From: Bdellovibrionota bacterium
GTDB taxonomy: Bacteria > Bdellovibrionota_C > UBA2361 > OMIW01
Reading direction: 5' to 3'
DNA length: 16,356 bases
NCBI GenBank assembly: GCA_044345055.1
Contig: JBIJBT010000064.1
Location: 1 to 16,356, forward strand
The position numbers and the translations under genes are program-made. Shown here in pieces: positions 6,811 through 15,597 of the stretch. How positions within the stretch are numbered: position 1 is the stretch's first letter; every line of letters starts with the position of its first letter. Under the pieces are notes generated by a model. That model saw only the letters and a program-made list of their open reading frames with translations. It was not told the origin of the DNA and made no database searches.

Positions 6811-7064
6811 TAGGTAGTACGATGGCGGGAATACTTACTTCGGTCGGTATTTACTCAGTTTTGGTAAGTTGCCACGCCACGTATATCCGAGTCTCGCGAT
6901 AGGTATTAGGTCTGCGGTGGTGAGTGGAAGCTGACCAGCCCTTTTTTAAGGGAGCGCAACCAAGACGCAGATTCCAATTCGAGCCCATCGGGTTCATTTA
7001 GTTCTAAATCATCACCACTTCCAATTTTCTCCTTTTAATTAAAGAACGTTTAAGAGATTACAGC

Positions 7065-9164
7065 ATGATAACTGTCGAACATGAGCTTTTCGGAAAAAAA
7101 ATATCGATTGAAACGGGAAGGGTAGCCCGTCAGGCATCAGGATCGGTTGTAGTTCGTTGCGGCGATTGTGTAGTTTTGGCCACAGTGTGTCTGGGTGTTG
7201 ATAAAAAGGGGGATTTTCTCCCTCTTACAGTAGAGTACGTCGAGAAAGATTATGCTGCGGGAAGAATCCCAGGAGGACACTTCCGAAGAGAAGGAAAGCT
7301 CAGTGAGCGAGAAACGCTAATTTCTCGAATTATCGACCGACCCGCTCGTCCTCTCTTCCCTGAAGGGTACACGAACGAGATTCAGGTAATCACCACGGTA
7401 ATGAGTGCCGATGGAGAGAACGAAACAGACGTGCTAGCGGCTCTCGGCGCAAGTGCGGCGATTACTCTCTCAGAGATTCCATCTCACGGTCCATTCGCAA
7501 CCGTTCGGGTTGCTCGGGTTGATGGAAAGCTAACGCTAAATCCAACGTTTTCTGAAATCGAGCGAGCCGACATCAACTTTGTGGTTGCGGGCACTCGCGA
7601 CGCGATTGTAATGGTCGAAGGAGGAGCGAGCGAGGCATCTGAAGCAGAGGTTCTCGACGCACTCTTTTTCGCACATTCTCAGATGCAACCTCTGATTGAT
7701 CTACAGCTCGACCTTCAACGCTCTGCGGGTAAACAGAAGATTGAGTTTACTCCGAAGGGGTATAAGGCGATCTCTGAATCTGAGGTAGAGGCGTTTTTAG
7801 GCTCAAAACTAAAAGAAGCTATCAAGCCCGTTGAGAAACATGCGCGACGCGATGCGATAAAAGCCGTTAAAGAGCAGGTTTTTTCTCAGTTCGTTCAACC
7901 GGAACTTGAGGGCGCAGCCGAACGGACCTCGGAACTTTCTCACCTCTTTGAAGAGGTGCTATATCGGGTCGTTCGTAGCTCGATGATTGAAACTGGCCGT
8001 CGACTCGATGGTCGGGACACAAAGACAGTCCGCCCTATCTCAATTGATCTCGGTTTGTTGCCCCGAGTTCACGGTTCCTCATTATTTACAAGAGGAGAGA
8101 CCCAGGCGATCGTTACGGTAACGGTCGGAACCGAGGGAGATGCGCAGCGTCTTTATGGGCTAACAGGTCTCACCGAGAAGACCTTCATGCTTCATTACAA
8201 CTTTCCTCCATTCTCAGTCGGAGAAACAAAGCCAGTTCGTGGACCAGGACGTCGAGAAATTGGTCACGGTGCGCTCGCTGAAAGAGCAGTCCAAGCTATC
8301 CTCCCAACGGCTAAACACTTTCCGTATGTGCTCCGTATAGTATCGGAGATCACTGAAAGTAATGGTTCGAGCTCAATGGCAACGGTCTGCGGATCAAGCC
8401 TCGCTCTGATGCAGGCGGGTGTTCCTGTGAAGGCGCCAGTCGCAGGGGTCGCGATGGGGTTGATCAAGGAGAACGACGCGGTCATGATTCTCACAGATAT
8501 TCTCGGAGATGAGGATCATCTTGGTGATATGGACTTCAAGGTGTGTGGTACCGGCAAAGGTATTACCGCTTTGCAGATGGATATCAAAATTAAGGGACTA
8601 GATCGCGATATAATGAAAACCGCGCTCGAACAGGCACGTGAGGGTCGGTTACATATTCTTGGAAAGATGCAGGAAGCAATCAGTTCACCAGCCTCTGAGA
8701 TGAGCTCATTTGCGCCGCGTATTGTCACAATAAAGATAAATCCAGATAAAATTCGTGACGTCATCGGGCCAGGCGGGAAGATGATCCGTTCGATAAGCGA
8801 ATCGTGCGGTGTTAAGCTCGATGTGTCAGATGATGGCACAATAAATGTTGCTGGCAACGATTCGAAGAAGATACAAGATGCTATCGATATCATCGAGAGC
8901 ATTACCGCCGAGGCTGAAGTCGGTAAACTGTACGAGGGTATCGTTAAGCGGATCACCGAGTTTGGAGCATTTGTTGAAATTCTCCCCGGCACCGATGGAC
9001 TCGTACACATATCTCAGCTCGCTGAGGGGCGTGTTAATAGGGTTACCGATGTTGTTCAGGAAGGCGACCTCATCTGGGTTAAAGTGCTTGAGGTAGATCG
9101 TCAGGGCAAGATACGTCTTTCGCTCAAAGAGGCTTTAGTGGATCGTAAGGCGCAGGGATTGTAA
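7065..9164 (+). CDS. pnp: Polyribonucleotide nucleotidyltransferase (PNPase)
   Basis: DFLPLTVEY, GRIPGG, HGSSLFTRGETQ, RREIGHG, ESNGSSSMA, DILGDEDHLGDMDFKV, KH (VIGPGGK) and S1 (FGAFVEI..GLVHISQ) domains. Confidence 0.99.
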   Translation: MITVEHELFGKKISIETGRVARQASGSVVVRCGDCVVLATVCLGVDKKGDFLPLTVEYVEKDYAAGRIPGGHFRREGKLSERETLISRIIDRPARPLFPEGYTNEIQVITTVMSADGENETDVLAALGASAAITLSEIPSHGPFATVRVARVDGKLTLNPTFSEIERADINFVVAGTRDAIVMVEGGASEASEAEVLDALFFAHSQMQPLIDLQLDLQRSAGKQKIEFTPKGYKAISESEVEAFLGSKLKEAIKPVEKHARRDAIKAVKEQVFSQFVQPELEGAAERTSELSHLFEEVLYRVVRSSMIETGRRLDGRDTKTVRPISIDLGLLPRVHGSSLFTRGETQAIVTVTVGTEGDAQRLYGLTGLTEKTFMLHYNFPPFSVGETKPVRGPGRREIGHGALAERAVQAILPTAKHFPYVLRIVSEITESNGSSSMATVCGSSLALMQAGVPVKAPVAGVAMGLIKENDAVMILTDILGDEDHLGDMDFKVCGTGKGITALQMDIKIKGLDRDIMKTALEQAREGRLHILGKMQEAISSPASEMSSFAPRIVTIKINPDKIRDVIGPGGKMIRSISESCGVKLDVSDDGTINVAGNDSKKIQDAIDIIESITAEAEVGKLYEGIVKRITEFGAFVEILPGTDGLVHISQLAEGRVNRVTDVVQEGDLIWVKVLEVDRQGKIRLSLKEALVDRKAQGL

Positions 9165-9175
9165 GGATAATCCGT

Positions 9176-9649
9176 ATGTCTCAATCTTCAAGCGAGAGTC
9201 TTACTTCCTATTCGGAACAGCTTCGATTCTGGTTGGACCCTGCTGCTAGAGCGGTAGGGTCCCTACTGGAGTCGCCCCGATTGGGCGATGCGGGATTTGA
9301 TCTTAGAGCATCAGGCTCGGTGGTGCTTGAGGCAGGAATCCAGGCTCTTGTCCCGACGGGACTCTATTGCGCCATTCCGCTGGGATGGGTGGGTCTTATA
9401 AAAGATCGCAGTAGTATGGCTCTTCGTGGTCTCCATACTCACGCAGGAGTTATTGATGCGTCGTATCGGGGAGAGATAAAAATACTAATAGCGAACCGGT
9501 CTGGTGCAGAGTTCTCCATCAGGCAGGGGGATAAGATCGCGCAGATGGTGATTATCCCACATCTTGCCGGTGCGCAGGAAGTTGGTTCGCTTGAGGAGTT
9601 AGGTGATAGTGTGCGGGGTCAGAAAGGGTTCGGCTCAACGGGTCGATAG
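9176..9649 (+). CDS. dut: dUTP diphosphatase (trimeric dUTPase)
   Basis: Five motifs: AGFDL, DRSSMA, GVIDASYRGE, GDKIAQ, RGQKGFGSTG. AAGGA RBS overlaps the pnp stop codon. Confidence 0.97.
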   Translation: MSQSSSESLTSYSEQLRFWLDPAARAVGSLLESPRLGDAGFDLRASGSVVLEAGIQALVPTGLYCAIPLGWVGLIKDRSSMALRGLHTHAGVIDASYRGEIKILIANRSGAEFSIRQGDKIAQMVIIPHLAGAQEVGSLEELGDSVRGQKGFGSTGR

Positions 9650-9699
9650 ACTGATCGCATAGATCATACATCGTAATGTTGGCGAGATTTTTTTCTTGA

Positions 9700-11433
9700 A
9701 TGGCTCAAAATTTCGGTAGCATCGTACGCATTATTATTCTCGCCCTTTTCGTCGGCGTAGTTGCATCATCTCGGGCTGAGAGTGAAGAAGAGCCGGCCGC
9801 GCAACAATCTGAGACTACTGAGCAGGCCGTAGAGGCTCCCCCCCTCCAAGACCGCCTCAAATCAGTAGTTGAATCAATTCAGCTTCTCGAGAGCCGGATT
9901 AAAGAAAAGACCAAAGAACTTCGCGGCGGACAGGCGTTAGGCAAAGAGGATGAGGCTCGTGCCGAATTAAAGGGTCTCCGTGAGCAGCGCGACGCGCTTC
10001 GATCAAATTTTTCCGAGCTAATCTCTCAGACGGATTTATCCGGTTTAGATGAGTCAACAGAACAACAAGAGCTCGATCTGGAAAAGGAGGTCCGTTCTCT
10101 CCTTGGTCCATTCATTAAAGAGCTAAAAGAGCTCACCCGTCGCCCCAGAGAAATAGAGCGGATACGCTCTGAAATAATTAAATCGCAGCTCCGATTGTCA
10201 CGAATAGAAAAGGCTCTTGAGAATATCGAGGCCTCAAAGGCGCAACTCTCAGATAAAGCGGTTCTCTCTGAGCTTGATGAAGCCGCGGGGATTTGGGAAG
10301 CACAGCGCAAATCAACTACAACTGAGATAGAGATCGGTCGTCAGCGATTGCAGCAAAAAGAGGCTGAAAAAGTTTCGCTTTCGGCGGCGCTTGGAGAGAT
10401 TTTTGGTCTTTTTTTCAAAAGCCGTGGACGTAATTTTATAGTTGCCTTCATCGTTGCGGGTCTCTTTTGGTTTGGTTCGCTTCAGGGATGGAAGCGAATT
10501 ATGAATATGCCAGCGGTAGCATGCCGCCGGTCTCTAATGCCGTTGCGCTTTCTCAATCTTCTCGCAATAGGTGGCTCTTGTGGGGGTGCGTTGATTGCCT
10601 TCGCGTTGGTCCTCTATTTTTTTGGGGATTGGGTTCTGTTAGTGCTCACCCTTGCCCTAATTTTTGGAATTGTATGGACCTCCAAACAGGCCTTTGCGCG
10701 ATTCTGGGCGCAGCTGACGATGCTTATGAATGTCGGCTCGGTGCGAGAAGGGGAGGTGGTAATACTCGATCAGCTGCCTTGGATCGTTCAACGGCTTAAT
10801 CTTCACAGTCAACTCGTTAATCCCCGACTCTCTGGCGGAATTATCAGGGTTCCACTAAACCATCTTCTTGAGCTTCGTTCACGACCTTTAAGTACGAAAG
10901 AACGGCTTTTCCCAACCAGAGAGGGGGACTGGGTTGTTTTGTCAGATGACAGCTTTGGTCAAATAGCCCTCCAGACTCCAGAGCTTGTGCGGTTAGAGCT
11001 GCCTGGTGGAGCTCAAAAAATGTATCCAACGAATTCATTTCTCGGTTTGTATCCTCGCGTATTGTCGAAGGGCTTCCGACTAAATGAGACTTTTGGGGTT
11101 GATTATCGTCATCAACGAGAGCTACTAACAGAAATAGTACCTAGTTTGCGGCAGTTTATTGAGGAAGGACTCGCTGAATTAGAATTGGAAGCTGGGGTGG
11201 TAAGCGTTTCTGTTGAGGTACAAGCTGCAGGAGCCTCTTCGCTTGACTTGGCTGTACTGTGCGATTGCGCAGGAGCCGCTGCCCCGCTTTACGATCGACT
11301 TCGTCGCCTTATTCGTCGACTCTGCATAGAGGCTTGTAATACGTTTAATTGGACGATTCCGTTCAACCAGATGGTAGTGCATGTCGCGAAGCCCTCTGAT
11401 CGATTGGCCTTTTTGGGAGGGAGCGAAGAGTAG
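9700..11433 (+). CDS. MscS-like (small-conductance mechanosensitive channel-like) membrane protein with large extracytoplasmic coiled coil
   Basis: Signal-like N-terminus, ~200 aa heptad-rich region, three hydrophobic segments (aa ~245-326), FPTREGDWV beta-domain motif, FGVDY and C-terminal IPFNQMVVH, like the MscS C-domain IPFPQ. Confidence 0.7.
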   Translation: MAQNFGSIVRIIILALFVGVVASSRAESEEEPAAQQSETTEQAVEAPPLQDRLKSVVESIQLLESRIKEKTKELRGGQALGKEDEARAELKGLREQRDALRSNFSELISQTDLSGLDESTEQQELDLEKEVRSLLGPFIKELKELTRRPREIERIRSEIIKSQLRLSRIEKALENIEASKAQLSDKAVLSELDEAAGIWEAQRKSTTTEIEIGRQRLQQKEAEKVSLSAALGEIFGLFFKSRGRNFIVAFIVAGLFWFGSLQGWKRIMNMPAVACRRSLMPLRFLNLLAIGGSCGGALIAFALVLYFFGDWVLLVLTLALIFGIVWTSKQAFARFWAQLTMLMNVGSVREGEVVILDQLPWIVQRLNLHSQLVNPRLSGGIIRVPLNHLLELRSRPLSTKERLFPTREGDWVVLSDDSFGQIALQTPELVRLELPGGAQKMYPTNSFLGLYPRVLSKGFRLNETFGVDYRHQRELLTEIVPSLRQFIEEGLAELELEAGVVSVSVEVQAAGASSLDLAVLCDCAGAAAPLYDRLRRLIRRLCIEACNTFNWTIPFNQMVVHVAKPSDRLAFLGGSEE

Positions 11434-11559
11434 CGGCTGCGCAAGCCTTCGAAATGACTAGGAAAATACAAGATCGCTAATGGGTTTGGTACGATGTTTA
11501 CTAAAAAGTTCTCTGGACCCTGTTAGTAGTGGCCGATAATCGTTTTGGGCGTCTAAATA

Positions 11560-12846
11560 ATGGCTAATTATGTGGTAAAGGATCCCGACGATATTTCGGT
11601 AGAGGTAGGTCAACCATCTGCGCTTGGACCTGATTCCGATAAGGCTCTTTTCGCCGAGGGGACCGTTATTAACTCTATCTACCGTGTTGTCCGCTGCCTT
11701 GAATTCGGCAGGATGGGGGTCGTTTATCTTTGCGAGTTGATTGAAGAGGGGGTGGCTCCGTTTCCTCTCGTGGTCGTAAAGATGCTTCACCGCGCAATTG
11801 CTGATGAAGGGGAGAGCAATCCGACGTTCCTTCGATTTTATCGAGAAGTGGACGCGGCTTTTCGTATTGCACATCCAAATGTCGTAAGCCCGCTCCAATT
11901 TATTCATTACGATGGCCAGATCGGATACTCAATGGAGTATGTAGGTGGAGGAAATCTAGCACAACTAATCTTAGCAGATGGGCCTCTTCAGGAACGAGAG
12001 GCAATACAGATGCTCGAGCTAATATCTCGAGGTGTCGAGGCAATTCATCGAGCTGGTGTCATTCATCGCGATCTAAAGCCTGAAAATGTGCTTCTTACCG
12101 ATGATCGTCGACCAAAGATTGCTGATTTTGGGGTTGCTTATAGTGGTTCCGGTCAACGGCTTACAGGAAAGGGGTCGATTGTTGGTACGTTACCCTACAT
12201 GAGTCCGGAATATCTCGAGAAGGGGTTCATAACAAGGCAGGGCGATATTTATGCGGTGGGTGCAATCGCTTATGAGCTGGTGACGGGGTTCGCTCCGTTC
12301 TCGGGATTGGGACCGTGCGAGATGATTGAGGCAAAGATATCTCGCACTCCTATTGATCCGCGTGAAAAAAACTCAAGTTTGTCGAGTGCGTTCGTTCTGG
12401 TGATAATGAAGGCGCTCAGTAGAGATTTAGGAGGACGGTTTCGGACGGCAGCAGAGTGCAACACCGCCTTTCGTGAGCTGCTAGGACATTCGAGTTTGTC
12501 TCGTTCTTTTGAAACGGGGGCAGAAGACGCCGAGAATAATCTGCAGCAATCCGAAAAGATCGATTTAGAGAGGGACTCAAATAAAACGTTAACGGTTGAT
12601 CCTCTAAATGAGGAACCGTCTGATCCTGATGTGCGGCCAGAGTCTGAACCGTACCAACTTGCCGCCGATACCGAATCCACGTCACAAAGTCCCATCCTCA
12701 ATTGGACTAGGTTGTTCATGGTCATTTTAGGCACTCTCTTTGCGTTCGCCATCCTTTGGCTTTGGGGAAGCCGAGGAAATGGTCGTCAGCTAAAGGGTTT
12801 GCCCGTTATAGTTGATGCTGCGCCTTTTCTTGAAATTAATTGCTAA
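11560..12846 (+). CDS. Hanks-type Ser/Thr protein kinase with C-terminal transmembrane helix
   Basis: MGVVY, VVVK, RFYRE, HPNVV, HRDLKPEN, DFG, GTLPYMSPE, DIYAVG, TGFAPF. Acidic linker, then TM segment LFMVILGTLFAFAILWLWG. Confidence 0.95.
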   Translation: MANYVVKDPDDISVEVGQPSALGPDSDKALFAEGTVINSIYRVVRCLEFGRMGVVYLCELIEEGVAPFPLVVVKMLHRAIADEGESNPTFLRFYREVDAAFRIAHPNVVSPLQFIHYDGQIGYSMEYVGGGNLAQLILADGPLQEREAIQMLELISRGVEAIHRAGVIHRDLKPENVLLTDDRRPKIADFGVAYSGSGQRLTGKGSIVGTLPYMSPEYLEKGFITRQGDIYAVGAIAYELVTGFAPFSGLGPCEMIEAKISRTPIDPREKNSSLSSAFVLVIMKALSRDLGGRFRTAAECNTAFRELLGHSSLSRSFETGAEDAENNLQQSEKIDLERDSNKTLTVDPLNEEPSDPDVRPESEPYQLAADTESTSQSPILNWTRLFMVILGTLFAFAILWLWGSRGNGRQLKGLPVIVDAAPFLEINC

Positions 12847-12908
12847 GCACTAGCTCTTTGCGTTCGTAGAACTGCCCGTTAGCGCTCTGTTTAGGCTTTC
12901 GGTTTTCT

Positions 12909-13574
12909 CTATTCTGTTCCCACTCGGAGTGTGTGAACGTGGATCGGGAGAAAATTTAACCACACTTTCTCGTGTTTGATGAGATCGTGTTCATGTTTTT
13001 TGTCGAAGAATCTATCTATCTCGATCAATCGACTTCGCTTTTCGCCCTGAGCTACAAGAGCTCCCATTCGTCTTAAACCTATATACTCGTAATAGGTCAT
13101 GACGGTTTCATCGTGGCTGACTGCATGAAGTCTCTCAAATATCTCCTGCACAACTTCAATTGAGAAGTTGGTAAAAGGGAGTGCGCATACGACGACATCG
13201 AAGGGAGTTTCAGGTTGTGGAAGCTCCTGAGCGGGGCACTCAAAAAAGGAGATGTTGGCCTTGTGCTCTGCGAAGCGAGGATGCTCGGCGAGACGGCTCT
13301 TTACTGTAGCCATAAACCGAGGATTAATCTCGCATATCGCCAATTGGTCCCCTGGAATCATATCTTCCAGAATCTGCATCGTCACTGACCCGGTACCTGG
13401 CCCAAGTTCCAAGATTCGTCTCGGGCTACGCTCTTCCCGTAAAGCGTTCGTGAGCGCTTTGGCTGCCCATCGCGACGTTGCGCAGAGTGCCCCAGTGTCG
13501 TGGAACCTAAAGAGCCCTTCGCGGAGGAACAGCGCTGTTGACTTTGCCAAGGAACTAACGGAATTGGCTGCCAT
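12909..13574 (-). CDS. Class I SAM-dependent methyltransferase, phospholipid/ornithine-lipid N-methyltransferase-like (PmtA S-type/OlsG family)
   Basis: TGALCATSRWAAKAL (cf. GAxxPSSxxLA), ILELGPGTG, CEIN, DVVVCALPF, YEY, VWLNFLP. Confidence 0.8.
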   Translation of the reverse strand: MAANSVSSLAKSTALFLREGLFRFHDTGALCATSRWAAKALTNALREERSPRRILELGPGTGSVTMQILEDMIPGDQLAICEINPRFMATVKSRLAEHPRFAEHKANISFFECPAQELPQPETPFDVVVCALPFTNFSIEVVQEIFERLHAVSHDETVMTYYEYIGLRRMGALVAQGEKRSRLIEIDRFFDKKHEHDLIKHEKVWLNFLPIHVHTLRVGTE

Positions 13575-13819
13575 TTATAAATCTCGAGTGAAGCTGAAAC
13601 ACTTTGAGCTGCAAGACCGCCGCAATAAACTATCGCATCGAATTAGAGGTCCGCAGGAAAAACTACTGAGTAAGTCTTTGACTCTCCACCGCTCAGAAGA
13701 ACCGTTTTAGTTCTGCAGGGAAGGCTCCCAAACTATGACACAAGGGCTTAAGCTAAACAACGCTTGAACTTGGAGGCTGGAAGGTTAGGAATAGTTCGCT
13801 ATCTCCCCGCAATAGCCTC

Positions 13820-13828
13820 TGCTATAGT
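13820..13828 (+). promoter_or_regulatory. Possible extended -10 promoter for pgi
   Basis: TG-C-TATAGT, 150 nt upstream of the pgi start. No good -35. Confidence 0.35.
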
Positions 13829-13977
13829 GCCGCCGCAAGATTGTCTCAGTTCTGGGGCAAAAGGTTGTCCCGAATCGAGAATTATCCCCTCTTTTTTGCC
13901 GTAGAGGGATCGTGTTTGCCCCGAATTACTCGTGCGATTTTTAATTCAGTAATCTTATCCAGGAGGCACCATTCATT

Positions 13978-15597
13978 ATGGCCAGCTCATTTTCCTCTTT
14001 TACCGCAAGTTTTTTTGCAGACCTTGAATCAGGTCTGAGTCTAGATATCAGTCGAATGGGATTGCCAGAAGGCTATGTAGTTACTCAGCGGTCACGAATA
14101 GAGCGAGCATTATCTGAGATGCAGCACCTTGAGGCTGGTGCCATCGCCAATAAAGACGAAGGCCGTATGGTCGGGCATTACTGGCTGCGTTCGCCTGAAA
14201 GAGCCCCAACAACATTAATAAGAGATGAGATTCAATCCACACTCGTCGCTATAAAGCAATTTGCGTCCTCAGTTCGGAGCGGAGAGGTAACCGCAGCTAA
14301 TGGTAATCGATTTACTCGCACACACGTCATCGGCATTGGTGGGTCTGCTCTCGGTCCGCAATTTGTTGCGGATAGCCTCGCTTCACCAGCGGACGTCATG
14401 AAAATCAGCTTCTTTGACAATACCGATCCGGATGGCATCGATAACGTGCTACAAAATCCTGATTTCAGACTCGAGGAAACGTTAGTGCTCGTTGTATCAA
14501 AATCGGGTGGAACAAAAGAAACCCGAAATGGTGAATTGATTATGAAGCAGGTGATGGCATCTGCCGGTATTCAGTGGGCTTCGCACTTTGTCGCAGTAAC
14601 AGGAGTAGGGAGTGAGCTTGATAAGCGAGCTGAAAAAGAGGGGTGGCTTGCACGGTTTCCTATGTGGGACTGGGTCGGTGGACGGACCAGCGAGTTAAGT
14701 GCGGTTGGCCTATTGCCTGCGGCTCTTCAAGGAATCGAGATTGATGAATTGCTCGCTGGAGCCGCTCACATCGATTCTTTGTGTCGCAATAATACGGCAG
14801 AAAAAAATCCAGCTCTCCTTTTGGCTTTATCATGGCTCTGGGTCGGCAATGAGCGGGGCGAGAAGGATATGGTGATTCTTCCATACAAAGATCGACTCCA
14901 GCTTCTTAGTCGCTATCTTCAACAGCTCATTATGGAGAGTCTTGGAAAGGAGTTTGATAGAGACGGAAAACAGGTGAATCAAGGTATCGCTGTTTACGGG
15001 AATAAAGGCTCCACCGATCAGCATGCCTACGTTCAGCAGCTTAGAGATGGTCTTAGCAATTTCTTTGTTACCTTCGTAGAGGTTCTCGAGAATGGCAGTA
15101 ATCGCCAAGTAGCCGGTAGCACGCTCCCTCTAATCTCAGATATCCAGGTAGAGGATGGAGTAACAGCTGGCGACTATCTATTCGGTTTTCTCTATGGAAC
15201 TAGGGAGGCGTTGAGTCAGCAAAACCGACCATCGCTTGTAATCACAATTCCGCGGGTGAATCCTTTTTCAGTTGGGATGCTAATTGCACTTTTTGAGCGG
15301 GCCGTCGGTTTCTACGCGACCTTTATAAATGTGAATGCTTACCACCAGCCAGGAGTTGAAGCGGGGAAAAAGGCGGCTGAGAAGATCCTATTAATTCAAA
15401 AGGCTCTCGAGGTAGCTTTGAATGCGGAGCGGGGCGAAGTTGCCCTAAGCATTCCTGAGATCTGTCGTCGCGCCGATATGGTTGGTCAGGAAGAAATGGT
15501 ATTTCAGATACTTCGTCGATGGGCCGCGAACGGACGGGGCCAGTTGACTGTTCCTAATAAACCGGCTGAAGCTATATTTACTTGGTCAGCTGCGTAG
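13978..15597 (+). CDS. pgi: Glucose-6-phosphate isomerase
   Basis: GIGGSALG, SKSGGTKET, WVGGRTS, QQLIMESLGK, GSTDQH, HQPGVEAGK. AGGAGG RBS at 13961-13966. Confidence 0.98.
   Translation: MASSFSSFTASFFADLESGLSLDISRMGLPEGYVVTQRSRIERALSEMQHLEAGAIANKDEGRMVGHYWLRSPERAPTTLIRDEIQSTLVAIKQFASSVRSGEVTAANGNRFTRTHVIGIGGSALGPQFVADSLASPADVMKISFFDNTDPDGIDNVLQNPDFRLEETLVLVVSKSGGTKETRNGELIMKQVMASAGIQWASHFVAVTGVGSELDKRAEKEGWLARFPMWDWVGGRTSELSAVGLLPAALQGIEIDELLAGAAHIDSLCRNNTAEKNPALLLALSWLWVGNERGEKDMVILPYKDRLQLLSRYLQQLIMESLGKEFDRDGKQVNQGIAVYGNKGSTDQHAYVQQLRDGLSNFFVTFVEVLENGSNRQVAGSTLPLISDIQVEDGVTAGDYLFGFLYGTREALSQQNRPSLVITIPRVNPFSVGMLIALFERAVGFYATFINVNAYHQPGVEAGKKAAEKILLIQKALEVALNAERGEVALSIPEICRRADMVGQEEMVFQILRRWAANGRGQLTVPNKPAEAIFTWSAA

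Noticed and set aside
8264..9096. Alternative-frame and antisense ORFs within pnp
   Set aside because: Shadows of a conserved housekeeping gene with no recognisable motifs.
9176..9649. dUTPase as a phage marker
   Set aside because: Coupled to pnp in a housekeeping context, with no phage genes nearby.
396..12846. PP2C phosphatase and Ser/Thr kinase as a cognate pair
   Set aside because: 10 kb apart in separate transcription units. SpoIIE/RsbU-type phosphatases typically act on STAS proteins rather than Hanks-kinase substrates.
12847..12908. Bidirectional terminator between the convergent kinase and methyltransferase genes
   Set aside because: Only weak, mismatched pairing found, so it cannot be supported.
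13854..13925. c-di-GMP-I riboswitch suggested by GGGCAAA
   Set aside because: Lacks the GNRA-capped P2 and the downstream GACGCAAAG-type consensus.
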